Shown one piece after another: positions 48,206-57,989 of a stretch of DNA of 64,000 nt. The stretch comes from Candidatus Uhrbacteria bacterium. Lineage in GTDB: Bacteria > Patescibacteriota > Patescibacteriia > JACRJV01. The position numbers and the translations under genes are program-made. The stretch covers positions 95,955-159,954 of the forward strand of contig JACRJV010000026.1 of assembly GCA_016215325.1 (NCBI GenBank). Direction: 5' to 3'. How positions within the stretch are numbered: the first letter of the stretch is position 1; each line of letters opens with the position of its first letter. A model generated the notes under the pieces. It was not told the origin of the DNA and ran no database searches. It saw nothing but the letters and a program-made list of their open reading frames with translations.

Positions 48206-50140
48206 TCAAGACCGCCCTGGGTACTCTTCACCGGCCTGTTCGCCCTCGGCCATGGTACTGCCCCCGGAAATCACGGCTTTAATGCGACGAATGCCAGCGC
48301 TCACCGCTTCCTCCTTGGTGATCTTGAGCGTCCCGACTTGGCTCGTATGCCGCACATGCGGCCCTCCGCAAATTTCGACAGAGTAATATTGCCCCAAGGC
48401 GCCCATCTTGTAGACTTTGACCGTTTCGCTGTAGCGCTCATCAAAAACGCCGGTCGCGTTCTCCGCCCTCGCCTGCTCTAATGGCATCACCTCATAATGC
48501 ACCGGTAAATCCTTCGACAGATGTTCGTTGGTCAACGTTTCGATTTCGGCAATCTGCTGGGTGGTTAACCTTTCGGGATAATTAAAGTCTAACCGCAGAC
48601 GCTCGGAAGTAATGTTACTCCCCCTTTGGTTCACATCGCGGCCCAACACGCGCTTCATGCTTTCGAGCAACATGTGATTGGCGGTATGGAGCCGTACGGT
48701 GTTCACGGCGTGGTCCGCAAGCCCGCCATGAAATTTTTGCCCTGCACCCGAGCGTGAACGCTCTTGGTGCTTTTTGAGCTCTTCGTCAAACGCCGCTCGA
48801 TCGATCATGATCCCCCGTTCAACGGCGAGCTCTTGGGTCATCTCCACGGGGAATCCATAACTTTGGTACAAATCAAACGTTTGTTGCGTGGGTAACGTTC
48901 CCCCCGCGCTCACTGCGCCGCTGGCTTGCTCAAACACTTTGAGGCCAACGGCAAGGGTCTTGCGGAATTTTTCTTCTTCCGCTTGCATAATCAGCGCCAC
49001 ATCATCTTTTTTTGTTGTAAGGTATGGCATCGATCGTGCATATTCTTCGATCACTGCTGCCGCAACATCAGCGCAGAATCCCGGCCGAAGATCAAGGACA
49101 TTGCCAAACCGGATCGCCCGGCGCATGAGTCGGCGCGTAAAATAGCCTTGATCTTTATTCGATGGCAATGCCCCATCGGCAATCAAAAATGTTGCCGCCC
49201 GAAGGTGATCCATAACGACACGGAATGCCTTTGTGTGCTCTGGATCCGCGCCATAGGATTTGCCGCTGGATTGTTCGAGGATTGTTTTTGACTTTGCAAA
49301 CAAATCAATCAAGAACATATCCGGGCTATCATTGAGTGCCGCAGCGATCCGTTCAAGCCCTCCGCCAAAATCAACGTTTTTTTGTGGGAGTTCTTTAAAC
49401 CCCTCTTGGACACGCTGGTATTGCATGAACACGCTGTTGCCGATTTCAAAAAACCGTCCGCAATCGCAATTGACATGGCAGGGGAGGGCCTTCCATGGCG
49501 ATTGCTCATGCAATTCCCGCTCCACTCCAAAATCCCAAAAGATTTCGGTGTCTGGTCCCCCGGGCTCCCCCACCGGCATATTAGCTGGTACCCCGGATCG
49601 GCTCCACCAATTCTTTTTTTCATCGTAGTAAAAGATCCGGCCGTCGCGCATACCCAGTGTTACTGCATCCGCATACGCAATCGCATCAATGCCAACCTGT
49701 GCATAGACTTCCTTCCAAAGCGCTACCGCTTCGTCATCGCGAGGGATCCCGATTTCTGCATTGCCGCCAAACACCGTACCATACAATCGTTTGGGATCAA
49801 GCCCGACCTCCGTAGTCAAAAATTCAAACACCCACGGGATCTGCTCTGCTTTAAAATAGCTGCCCAACGACCAATTACCCAACATTTCAAAAAAAGTCGT
49901 ATGGCGATTGTCGCCCACCTCATCCATATCAACAGCGCGGAAACAGCGTTGGGAATTTACCAACCGATTGCCTTCAGGGTGCTTTTCTCCTAGCAAAAAT
50001 GGGACCAACGGCTGCATGCCCGAACTTGTAAATAACGTCGTCGGATCGTTATCCGGCAACAACGGCGCCGAGGGCAGCACCGCATGGCCGCGAGCCTTAA
50101 AAAAATCAAGATATTTTTGGCGGAGTTCATGGGAAGTCAT
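48206..50140 (-). CDS. alaS: Alanyl-tRNA synthetase without the C-Ala domain
   Basis: DPTTLFT, HTTFFEMLGNWS, DFGGGLER, HTANH, CGGPH, GIRRIKA. Confidence 0.98.
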   Translation of the reverse strand: MTSHELRQKYLDFFKARGHAVLPSAPLLPDNDPTTLFTSSGMQPLVPFLLGEKHPEGNRLVNSQRCFRAVDMDEVGDNRHTTFFEMLGNWSLGSYFKAEQIPWVFEFLTTEVGLDPKRLYGTVFGGNAEIGIPRDDEAVALWKEVYAQVGIDAIAYADAVTLGMRDGRIFYYDEKKNWWSRSGVPANMPVGEPGGPDTEIFWDFGVERELHEQSPWKALPCHVNCDCGRFFEIGNSVFMQYQRVQEGFKELPQKNVDFGGGLERIAAALNDSPDMFLIDLFAKSKTILEQSSGKSYGADPEHTKAFRVVMDHLRAATFLIADGALPSNKDQGYFTRRLMRRAIRFGNVLDLRPGFCADVAAAVIEEYARSMPYLTTKKDDVALIMQAEEEKFRKTLAVGLKVFEQASGAVSAGGTLPTQQTFDLYQSYGFPVEMTQELAVERGIMIDRAAFDEELKKHQERSRSGAGQKFHGGLADHAVNTVRLHTANHMLLESMKRVLGRDVNQRGSNITSERLRLDFNYPERLTTQQIAEIETLTNEHLSKDLPVHYEVMPLEQARAENATGVFDERYSETVKVYKMGALGQYYSVEICGGPHVRHTSQVGTLKITKEEAVSAGIRRIKAVISGGSTMAEGEQAGEEYPGRS

Positions 50141-50151
50141 AAGCGATTACC

Positions 50152-50180
50152 ATTGTACTCAAATTGTCGCATTGGAGCAA
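50152..50180 (-). promoter_or_regulatory. alaS promoter, very short leader
   Basis: TTGCTC-N17-TACAAT ending 11 nt before ATG. Confidence 0.6.
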
Positions 50181-50184
50181 GAAA

Positions 50185-50484
50185 AAGTCACCGGAATCTT
50201 GAAAGCATGGGCCCAACGCAAGGGGGGGCGGAGCGCAGAGCATTGGCTTTACAAGGTGAACGCGCGAGCGACCGCAGTGTTGCAGCTCGCTTGTTCGATC
50301 CGGTGACTTGAGTGAATGTGGCGGCCGAAGAGGCGGTACTGGGATCAACCGTGGCGCTGCAGATTTACATAAGTATCACGCGGCGCCGCGAATGTGGCGG
50401 CGATCGTACCGCCTGCTCCGGCCATGATCGAGAAGACTTACACGTCTGAGGCTTTGTGTACCAGCAGCCGCAAACGCGTAAGTC
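50185..50484. ncRNA. Candidate structured non-coding RNA (three consecutive folded domains)
   Basis: Long complementary stems throughout a 300-nt gap without a credible ORF; family not recognised. Confidence 0.5.
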
Positions 50485-50494
50485 CTCAATAGTG

Positions 50495-51685
50495 TTAACG
50501 TTCCACCATTTCAATAATCCCCCCTCCCAGCAGTTCAAGCCCTTCCGCAGTGTCCTGGTAGAATACCACGCTTTGGCCGGACGTCAAAGCCCGCTCCGGC
50601 TGATCGAACGTGCAGATGATCGTCTGCGCACTGGCCCCTGGAACTCCCGCCTCAGCGGGGCCCCGCCCTGGCGGTGACTGGCCCCTGGAACCTGAAACCA
50701 CGGCTGTCGCGCCCGGGTGCCGATACCGCGGCTTAGCAATCACCCGAATCGGCTCTGGTGGAGGTTGACCGCTCAACCAGTTCACTTTTGATAAAATAAC
50801 AGTCCGCGCAAAAAGCGTCTTATCTTCTGCACCGATCGAAACCACCAGAGTATTTGTTACATAATCTTTTTGTGCCACATAATACGGCCCGCCGCCGCCC
50901 AGCCCCAACCCCTCGCGCTGGCCAATCGTATAAAATGCGAGCCCGCGATGCCGGCCGATTTCCTCGCCCGTTGTGGTCACAACCACTCCTTCAGATTGCT
51001 GCCGGATTCGCGATTGTAAAAACTCTTGGACATTGTTTTTAATAAAACACACCTCTTGGCTTTCCTTTTTGAGCGCCACGGGCAACTCCATCTCTTGCGC
51101 CAATGTCCGCACCTGCGGCTTGGCGAACTCGCCAATCGGGAATAGGAGGCGCTTGAGCTTTTCTTGCGTCAAGGTATACAAAAAATACGACTGATCTTTG
51201 TGGGGGTCTTGGGCGACAAACAATCGTTGCCGAAATTGGGAATTGGGAATTGGGAATTGAAAATTTCGTACATAGTGCCCGGTGGCAAAATAAATACTCT
51301 CTTTCTCTGCTTCTGCCGCTTCAGAAAGGATCCTGTCAATCAGCTCAAACTTAATCGTTCGATTGCACTCCACGCAAGGGTTCGGGGTGAGCCCAGACTC
51401 ATATCCAACCAAAAATGGTTTCACCACGTTCTGACGAAATTGTTCTCGTAGATCCATCACCGTCAACGGGATGCCAAGGTGGTCGCACACGCGTTGGGCA
51501 TCATTCATGGCATCCAAATTGCAGCAATTGGTAAAATCCTTTCCACCCGGCACAAGGCCATCCACATCCCCCCAGTAGCGCATAAAAACTCCGCGTACCT
51601 CAAAACCGCGCTGCCCAAGCAGCGCGGCGGCGACCGAGGAATCAACTCCGCCGGACATCGCGACGTAGACTATTGTTCTATCCAC
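50495..51685 (-). CDS. mnmA: tRNA 2-thiouridylase
   Basis: AMSGGVDSS, TPNPCVECN, ATGHY, KDQSYFL, TIGQR. Confidence 0.97.
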   Translation of the reverse strand: MDRTIVYVAMSGGVDSSVAAALLGQRGFEVRGVFMRYWGDVDGLVPGGKDFTNCCNLDAMNDAQRVCDHLGIPLTVMDLREQFRQNVVKPFLVGYESGLTPNPCVECNRTIKFELIDRILSEAAEAEKESIYFATGHYVRNFQFPIPNSQFRQRLFVAQDPHKDQSYFLYTLTQEKLKRLLFPIGEFAKPQVRTLAQEMELPVALKKESQEVCFIKNNVQEFLQSRIRQQSEGVVVTTTGEEIGRHRGLAFYTIGQREGLGLGGGGPYYVAQKDYVTNTLVVSIGAEDKTLFARTVILSKVNWLSGQPPPEPIRVIAKPRYRHPGATAVVSGSRGQSPPGRGPAEAGVPGASAQTIICTFDQPERALTSGQSVVFYQDTAEGLELLGGGIIEMVER

Positions 51686-51990
51686 AAATTTATTTTATAC
51701 CATCATCTCGTTTAATAATCCGATCAAGATTCGAAACAATCTCTTGGAGCCGTGCACGGAATTCTGGCAACATCGTGGGGCTCATGTGCTTGAAGATTGC
51801 ATCATAGTCTTCGCTTGCTGCCCCGCGCAGTCCCGACCAGAGCGTATTCAATGCATGAATAAACGGCGCGCTCTCAACAGGCTGGGAGAAATCGACGTTC
51901 TCAACTGCGTGCCCCCCCCGCTACAGGATTAATGGGCCGATTGGGATCAAACGGTTTTTCGCCTTCCATAGACGTTTTTTAATAGATACA

Positions 51991-53895
51991 TCATTGCCGC
52001 AACCGCATGCTCTGCCCAGGCTTCAGCACCGTGGGTTTCACAGGGACCGGTTTGGGCTCTGGGGCCCCGCGATCTGAGGCCCCAACAATGGGGGATGTAG
52101 CCGGGGCATCGGCTGGTGATGGTATTGCGCTTGGCCCACCGCTCGTTCTGGGTTGTTGTACTCGGCCGCGGAAATCTACCGGCTTCATCTGCATCGCCGC
52201 ATCCAGACTCATGGGGGCAGGCGTCTCTGCGCTTTTGGCAGACAGAGCAGGAGGTTTCTCTGCGACAACCACCACCGGCGCTGCTCTGCCGGAGCGTACC
52301 TCTTTGAGGCACTCTTTGCAATAAATCGGTTTGGAGGGGTCTGGAATAAAATTGAGCATGGTGTCGGTCCCGCAGCGGCTGCACTTGTATACGGCTGGGT
52401 TGTCCACCGGCGGCTTGGCGTTTTCGGGCGGCTTCTTTTTTTTGCGTTTTTTTGTTTGGAGTTCACCACTGCCTGCTCCGCTGCCCGGGATGGCTGCGGG
52501 GGCGGGGACAATCGTTTTTACGGGTTGCGCCGCAGGCGCTGCATCCATTCGGCGTACCACAACAGGGGCGCTGGAGGCAGCCGAACCCGTTGTGGTCGCA
52601 ATCCCTTCGCTCCATCGATTAATCTTATCCTCAACCACCTCTCTGCTCGTGCCATACCGTTCGCGAGAGACTGCGATCACTTTCGCGTTGTTGTTTTGCC
52701 GCTGCGAAAGCGGCGGCAAAATCGTTGCAGAAAATGGGTCCGAAGAGACTCCGTCAATCATGAGTTTCAAATATACGGAGTATTTAGCCAGATTCACAAG
52801 GTCTTCCTCCGTAAATCGGGGGGTAAACTCTGGCACCAATTTGAGCGCATCCGCCCCGCCCACCCGGAACGAAATAATCGTGCCCACGTTGCCGAACACC
52901 GCGGCTGCCACTTTCTCATCCAGCTGTTCAATATACTGGTGTGCGACAATAAGGCTCAAACGATATTTCCGCGCCTCGGACAAAATGTTAGAAAAACTTT
53001 CTGTCGCAAAATTCTGGAACTCATCCACGTATAAGTAAAAGTCTCGGCGGTCATCTTCGGGCGTGTCCACGCGCTCCATGGCGGCCAGTTGAATCTTGGT
53101 GATTAGCATCCCGCCCAAAAGCCTTGAATTATCCTCTCCAATGCGCCCTTTTGCCAGGTTCATCACAAAAATCTTCCCGCTGTCCATGATATCGCGCACG
53201 TTAATGGTCGAACGGACTTGGCCCACAATATTGCGGATCACCGCCGTCGACAGAAATTGTCCAACCTTATTTTGGATTGGCGCGATGGCTTCGGATGCGT
53301 AGCGGTCATTGTATTTCGCAAATTCATTCACCCAGAACGATTTGACCACCGGGTCGTTAATCTTGGCGATCACGCGTTTACGGAAGTTGGTGTCCGCCAA
53401 CATCCGGTTGATCCCCAGCAGCGTCGATCCCGGGTAATCCAAAAGCGCTAAGACAGTATTATTTAAGATGTATTCCATGCGCGCGCTCCACACATCCGGC
53501 CAGATTTTTTTGAACACGCCCATGAGTCCCGACGCGATCAAGTGTTTGTGCGTTTCATCCACGGTTTCGAGTATATTGAATGCAAGCGGATAATTCACAT
53601 CCGACGGATTCATATAGACCACGTCGTTGATCCGATGCGAGGGAATAAAATCAAGGATGCGCTCTGCAAAATCGCCATGCGGATCCACGATGCCCACCCC
53701 ATGTCCGGCCATGATGTCATTGAATAAGAGATTTTCGAGCAAATTGGTTTTGCCCATGCCGGTTTTCCCAATCACATACATATGCCGGCGTCGATCGTCG
53801 GTTTTAATGCCAAACCGACGCCGTTGGTTCCGAAAGTTCGTTTCGGCAAACACGGCGATTTCATCATTATGGTCGTGGTCGTATTCTATCGGCAC
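51991..53895 (-). CDS. VirD4/TraG-like (HerA-FtsK superfamily) ATPase with C-terminal CxxC-x17-CxxC domain
   Basis: GKTGMGKT, DPHGD, YVDEFQNF, SEARKY, HQY; CSRC...CKEC. Confidence 0.9.
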   Translation of the reverse strand: MPIEYDHDHNDEIAVFAETNFRNQRRRFGIKTDDRRRHMYVIGKTGMGKTNLLENLLFNDIMAGHGVGIVDPHGDFAERILDFIPSHRINDVVYMNPSDVNYPLAFNILETVDETHKHLIASGLMGVFKKIWPDVWSARMEYILNNTVLALLDYPGSTLLGINRMLADTNFRKRVIAKINDPVVKSFWVNEFAKYNDRYASEAIAPIQNKVGQFLSTAVIRNIVGQVRSTINVRDIMDSGKIFVMNLAKGRIGEDNSRLLGGMLITKIQLAAMERVDTPEDDRRDFYLYVDEFQNFATESFSNILSEARKYRLSLIVAHQYIEQLDEKVAAAVFGNVGTIISFRVGGADALKLVPEFTPRFTEEDLVNLAKYSVYLKLMIDGVSSDPFSATILPPLSQRQNNNAKVIAVSRERYGTSREVVEDKINRWSEGIATTTGSAASSAPVVVRRMDAAPAAQPVKTIVPAPAAIPGSGAGSGELQTKKRKKKKPPENAKPPVDNPAVYKCSRCGTDTMLNFIPDPSKPIYCKECLKEVRSGRAAPVVVVAEKPPALSAKSAETPAPMSLDAAMQMKPVDFRGRVQQPRTSGGPSAIPSPADAPATSPIVGASDRGAPEPKPVPVKPTVLKPGQSMRLRQ

Positions 53896-53905
53896 AAAAT
53901 CGTAT

Positions 53906-53982
53906 GAATTCCCAATTCCTAATCTCTAATACCCAATGAAATGGCGGGTATTGGAAATTGGAAATTGGAAATTGGAAATTTA
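53906..53982. repeat. Inverted heptamer arrays
   Basis: aattccc-aattcct-aatctct-aataccc ... (ttggaaa)x4 overlapping the upstream gene's stop. Confidence 0.9.
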
Positions 53983-55401
53983 CGCTACCGGAAGGTCTCC
54001 CGGCACTCCATCTTGCTCGTGCGCTGGCTCTTGTGCCGGTGTACGGAAGGGGGCGTGTTTCACGCCGGTAGACTCGCGCGAAATCCGCGAACCGGCATAC
54101 CGCTCCGAGACCGGCAACGCAAATGGCGGCTCGGCCTGCTTGGTGAGGGCCTTACTAATCAGCGGCGCCTTTACCGTTGCCACTGGGAAGTGGTAGAGCG
54201 TTGCGAGCTCTTCGATGTTGAGCACTTTACCCTCACCTTCTCCAGCCTCATCCTCGCGCAAATGAAACGCATGCATAAGCTTTCGTTGTTTGCTCGCAAT
54301 CCGTTCCTTCACAAAATAATATTTTGCGGCCGTCGTCACCTTCCCGCTCGGGCTCAACCCATTCATGTGTTGGGTGCTAAACTGGCGCATGGCACCCAAA
54401 ATCGGTACCACCCCCCGCGCTTTGTTAAAGACTTCTTTTTTGGCGATATACACAAATCGCATTTTGGTAAAATACCCGATCTTCGCCATTTTGAGCTGCA
54501 CCCCCTCTAACACCGCGCGTTCGCCCGGCGTTAAATATTGCACTTTATTGGGAGCCTCGTCTCCCCCGCCATGCTCACCACCGCCTTCACCCGGTGGGAA
54601 TATAAACGAAAGCAAAAATTCAAAGAGCTTAACTGGGTACCCCAATAACGTTGTGATAAAGGGTGGCGCGTGCTCACGATGCGCCCCAATCATCTCGTCG
54701 ACGATGTGCTGGGCGTGCTCTTTCCACCCATCCCCGGTCGGCTGCACGACATACTGGAGCCAAATATGCTCATCAGGTCCCAGTTTGCTCATACTCTCGA
54801 GCATTCCCGCTAAGGGGTCTTTGAGCTCTTGGCTCATGGTGTGTTCAAATTCGGGATAGGTGCGCAACGGGTAAGCTTCGTGCTTCGTAAGAATAAATTC
54901 CGTGCCCCACATGTCCCACTCCGGGTTGGGGAATTTATGCGGGAAGTGATGCGTGTAGTCTTCCACTTCGATAATCTCGGCATCCGGATACTGCGAAAAA
55001 AATGCGGCTTCGATAAGATCACGGAATGCCGTGTTGGTCCATACAAAAAATCGAATATATCCGCCGCTGGAAACAATCTCAAAGCTAAACCGCTCTTGCG
55101 TTTTGCCCAGCCACCATTTTTCGTAGAAATCTGCTCCCGAAAGCGCGCCATGCACTTGAGCAAAAATTTGTTCGACAGCTTTGGGGCTTTGTTCATTCAG
55201 TTTCGGGATATTAATCGCCAATAGCAGGAATGAACGCTGATGTTCAAAGTGATGTCGGACGCGCTTGAGCCACACGAGCTGTGAAATTTTGATACCCCCC
55301 CAGACAACAATAATCCACCCGCCGTGGGTAATGATGTACCACAAGAGGGAAAAAAATGAGAGATTCGCGAAATTCGCAAAGAAATCAAGGTTCAATACCA
55401 T
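53980..55401 (-). CDS. Conserved membrane protein, partner of the VirD4-like ATPase
   Basis: N-terminal TM, SFEIVS, SQYPDAEI, YPLRTY, LNIEELATLYHFP. Confidence 0.8.
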   Translation of the reverse strand: MVLNLDFFANFANLSFFSLLWYIITHGGWIIVVWGGIKISQLVWLKRVRHHFEHQRSFLLLAINIPKLNEQSPKAVEQIFAQVHGALSGADFYEKWWLGKTQERFSFEIVSSGGYIRFFVWTNTAFRDLIEAAFFSQYPDAEIIEVEDYTHHFPHKFPNPEWDMWGTEFILTKHEAYPLRTYPEFEHTMSQELKDPLAGMLESMSKLGPDEHIWLQYVVQPTGDGWKEHAQHIVDEMIGAHREHAPPFITTLLGYPVKLFEFLLSFIFPPGEGGGEHGGGDEAPNKVQYLTPGERAVLEGVQLKMAKIGYFTKMRFVYIAKKEVFNKARGVVPILGAMRQFSTQHMNGLSPSGKVTTAAKYYFVKERIASKQRKLMHAFHLREDEAGEGEGKVLNIEELATLYHFPVATVKAPLISKALTKQAEPPFALPVSERYAGSRISRESTGVKHAPFRTPAQEPAHEQDGVPGDLPVA

Positions 55402-55521
55402 ACATGACGAGAATGTCTATGGAATATCGGTGGTCGAGGCCCGCATTGGTTGGTAGGTCTCGTCAGCTGGCCGGCTCCCGATGACCGTTTGACAATACGG
55501 GCATCGAGATCCGATAACCCA

Positions 55522-56649
55522 TTATCCCTGCGCTTTTACCGTTTGGGCGAGTTGATACCGACCGTCAGCCGTTCGATCAAAACGGGAACGATCGGTCAGC
55601 GCAAGCACAATCGTACTCTTGCGCACCATGCGCCGTTTGAGGACCTCTTGGATGATTGTATCGCGATGGAGGGGTGCGGGGGAAGTGGAAAGAATCTCTG
55701 CGATCACATCCGAAACAACCCCGGGGGTATACCCCCATTCGGCCAAGGCATAAATGCCCCGCCCCACAAGGATATACTTCTTATCGAGGATCAGTTCATT
55801 ATGGACGGTCGATGGGTACGCCGTCTTTTGGTCAAATCCGGTTTCGTTAATGCGTTGGGTAATGTCATTAAAGTGCAACGGTTTCCCCTCTTTCTTGAGA
55901 ATCAAATAAATCTTGTCATTCACGCGTCGCGGTGCAATCACATTCCAATGATGCAGACCCCACTGGCCTAAGACATTCTTGCGGATCCGTTTTGAAAGTC
56001 GAATATGCGATCGGATGACGGATTCCGAATGGTCCGGATGCCGATCAGACAGTGACCGGAAAAAAATCGGCTCATCCATCGGTGCGGCATGTGCTTCCAA
56101 CACCGCTATGGCAGAAGTAACTGTCTTAAGCCATCCCTCGATATCAAAAAAATGGAGTTTCCAACCCTCATGCCGATCTTTGGTTTCAGCCAACGCGTCA
56201 ATCCGATCACCCAGTAAATGCTCAAGGACAAATTCCAACGCTTGTCGTACCCCGCTATCCGGTGATGACGTATCGCTATGTTCGCAAATGACTTCCCACA
56301 ACTGTTGTCGGTTGATAATCCCCCCATGGCCTTCAATTAAATGGACGGTGCTCGTAATCATGGGGTCGACGACATCGCGCACAGAAGCGTCGCGGACGAG
56401 TTCTTTGAGCCGCGCCAGCGCGCTGGACTCGATTTGGCGGACGCGTTCACGGGTGATCGCAAATTGCGACCCAATATCCTTGAGAGTGAGTTGTTGTTGG
56501 CCATATAAGCCAAATCGGCGGGTCAAGATGTCCCGCTCGCGGCTCGTGAGGCGCGAAAATAGCGCATCCAACATCTCCGGGATCTGGAGATGCGATGCTC
56601 TCTCGTTTACTTGCGCTTCCATGACCTTATCGAGAATCGAATGGTCCAT
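55522..56649 (-). CDS. Sigma70 region 4 HTH fused to HARE-HTH (delta-like) domains
   Basis: RRFGL...TLKDIG..FAITRERVRQIE; KPLHFNDI...TVHNELI...GRGIYAL.EW. Confidence 0.85.
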   Translation of the reverse strand: MDHSILDKVMEAQVNERASHLQIPEMLDALFSRLTSRERDILTRRFGLYGQQQLTLKDIGSQFAITRERVRQIESSALARLKELVRDASVRDVVDPMITSTVHLIEGHGGIINRQQLWEVICEHSDTSSPDSGVRQALEFVLEHLLGDRIDALAETKDRHEGWKLHFFDIEGWLKTVTSAIAVLEAHAAPMDEPIFFRSLSDRHPDHSESVIRSHIRLSKRIRKNVLGQWGLHHWNVIAPRRVNDKIYLILKKEGKPLHFNDITQRINETGFDQKTAYPSTVHNELILDKKYILVGRGIYALAEWGYTPGVVSDVIAEILSTSPAPLHRDTIIQEVLKRRMVRKSTIVLALTDRSRFDRTADGRYQLAQTVKAQG

Positions 56650-56726
56650 AAGAACCAACTATCAGCAGGGTCAAATAAAATTGCTTAAAATATGCCAAAA
56701 AATTCTGCTTTTTTTGATATAAACAT

Positions 56727-56755
56727 AATATAGCACAAAATTAACATTCTGTCAA
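56727..56755 (-). promoter_or_regulatory. Promoter of the sigma4-HARE gene
   Basis: TTGACA-N17-TATATT with extended TG. Confidence 0.7.
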
Positions 56756-56820
56756 GAATTTTGCTTTTCTCCCTACTTTGTGGTATATCTACGACAATTC
56801 ATGATGTCATCCGGTCCACT

Positions 56821-57930
56821 ATGGTACTTTCAAAAGAAATACAACAAGCATGGTTCAAATTATCACTCTTCCCCCACTTTGGACCGGCGCGCCTCATGCG
56901 GATTTACTCGCGATGCCCAGATCCGCAATTATTATTCGGCCCAGAAGCACGCCCTGTCCTCGAGCAAGCGCATATTGAAAACGCGCTCATCGAACAATTT
57001 TTAAGTATCCAACACGACCCGTCATGGCAAGCGCGATGGCGCACCATTGAGGATGAACACATCAGCATCACGGTGTTTGGCAGCGCAACATACCCGCCGC
57101 TGCTATCGACCATTGCTCATCCGCCGGTCGTTCTGTTCCATCGCGGGCCACTGGAGCAGCCGTGGCAGAACATGATCGCAGTGGTCGGCACTCGCTCGCT
57201 CTCGCCCTATGGCCGCGCAATCACCCCACTGCTCGTTGGGCAAATCGCGACGCGCGGCGTCGGTGTTGTCAGCGGGCTTGCCTTTGGCATTGACGCGCTT
57301 TCCCATCAAGCCGCATTGGAGGCCAATGGCCCAACGGTGGCGGTCATCGCTAGCGGCGTTGATCGAGCTTCGATCTTTCCCTCGGCGCACTCAATGCTTG
57401 CCGAGCGCATTGTGGATTGCGGGGGGTGCGTCATGAGTGAATTTCCTCCCGGTACCATGCCGCTCAAACACTATTTTCCTATGCGCAATCGCATTATTGC
57501 CGGGCTTGTCCGCGCAACGCTGGTCATTGAGGCGGATACGCAGTCTGGGGCGCTCATTACTGCGCGGTCTGCTTTAGAGGAAAACCGCGATGTTTTTGCC
57601 GTACCGGGCCCCATCACGACACAAACGTCTGCCGGCACCAATGCCCTTATCCGATTGGGCGCCCACTGCGTTACCAATGCAAATGATTTGCTGGACGATC
57701 TGGAACTTTCCACAGTAAGAACAGCGATTGTTCCTCGGCGGCCGCAATACGCCGATATCAACACGCAAGAACGCTCCCTCCTTGATCATCTCACCGCCGA
57801 ACCCATGGAGATAGATACGATCATTCGTGCGTCTGGACTGCCCGCTACCGACGTGTTGAGTACGTTATCGTTAATGGAATTGAAGGGTTGGGTGCGCTCC
57901 GTAGGGCCGTCGTTGTTCGTAAAAGTGTAA
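56821..57930 (+). CDS. dprA: DNA-processing protein DprA
   Basis: [32 protein letters not shown]-terminal wHTH. Confidence 0.97.
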   Translation: MVLSKEIQQAWFKLSLFPHFGPARLMRIYSRCPDPQLLFGPEARPVLEQAHIENALIEQFLSIQHDPSWQARWRTIEDEHISITVFGSATYPPLLSTIAHPPVVLFHRGPLEQPWQNMIAVVGTRSLSPYGRAITPLLVGQIATRGVGVVSGLAFGIDALSHQAALEANGPTVAVIASGVDRASIFPSAHSMLAERIVDCGGCVMSEFPPGTMPLKHYFPMRNRIIAGLVRATLVIEADTQSGALITARSALEENRDVFAVPGPITTQTSAGTNALIRLGAHCVTNANDLLDDLELSTVRTAIVPRRPQYADINTQERSLLDHLTAEPMEIDTIIRASGLPATDVLSTLSLMELKGWVRSVGPSLFVKV

Positions 57931-57989
57931 CAGATATTCGACATGCGCATCGATGGTGTGTTAGACTATCGCCAATGCATTGCAAAATT

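Noticed and set aside
50185-50484. T-box riboswitch for alaS
   Set aside because: No GGTGGNACC antiterminator bulge on the minus strand, and a separate promoter lies between the structure and alaS.
51744-51932. Small CDS between mnmA and the ATPase
   Set aside because: TTG start, no motif and no supporting signals; cannot be supported from sequence alone.
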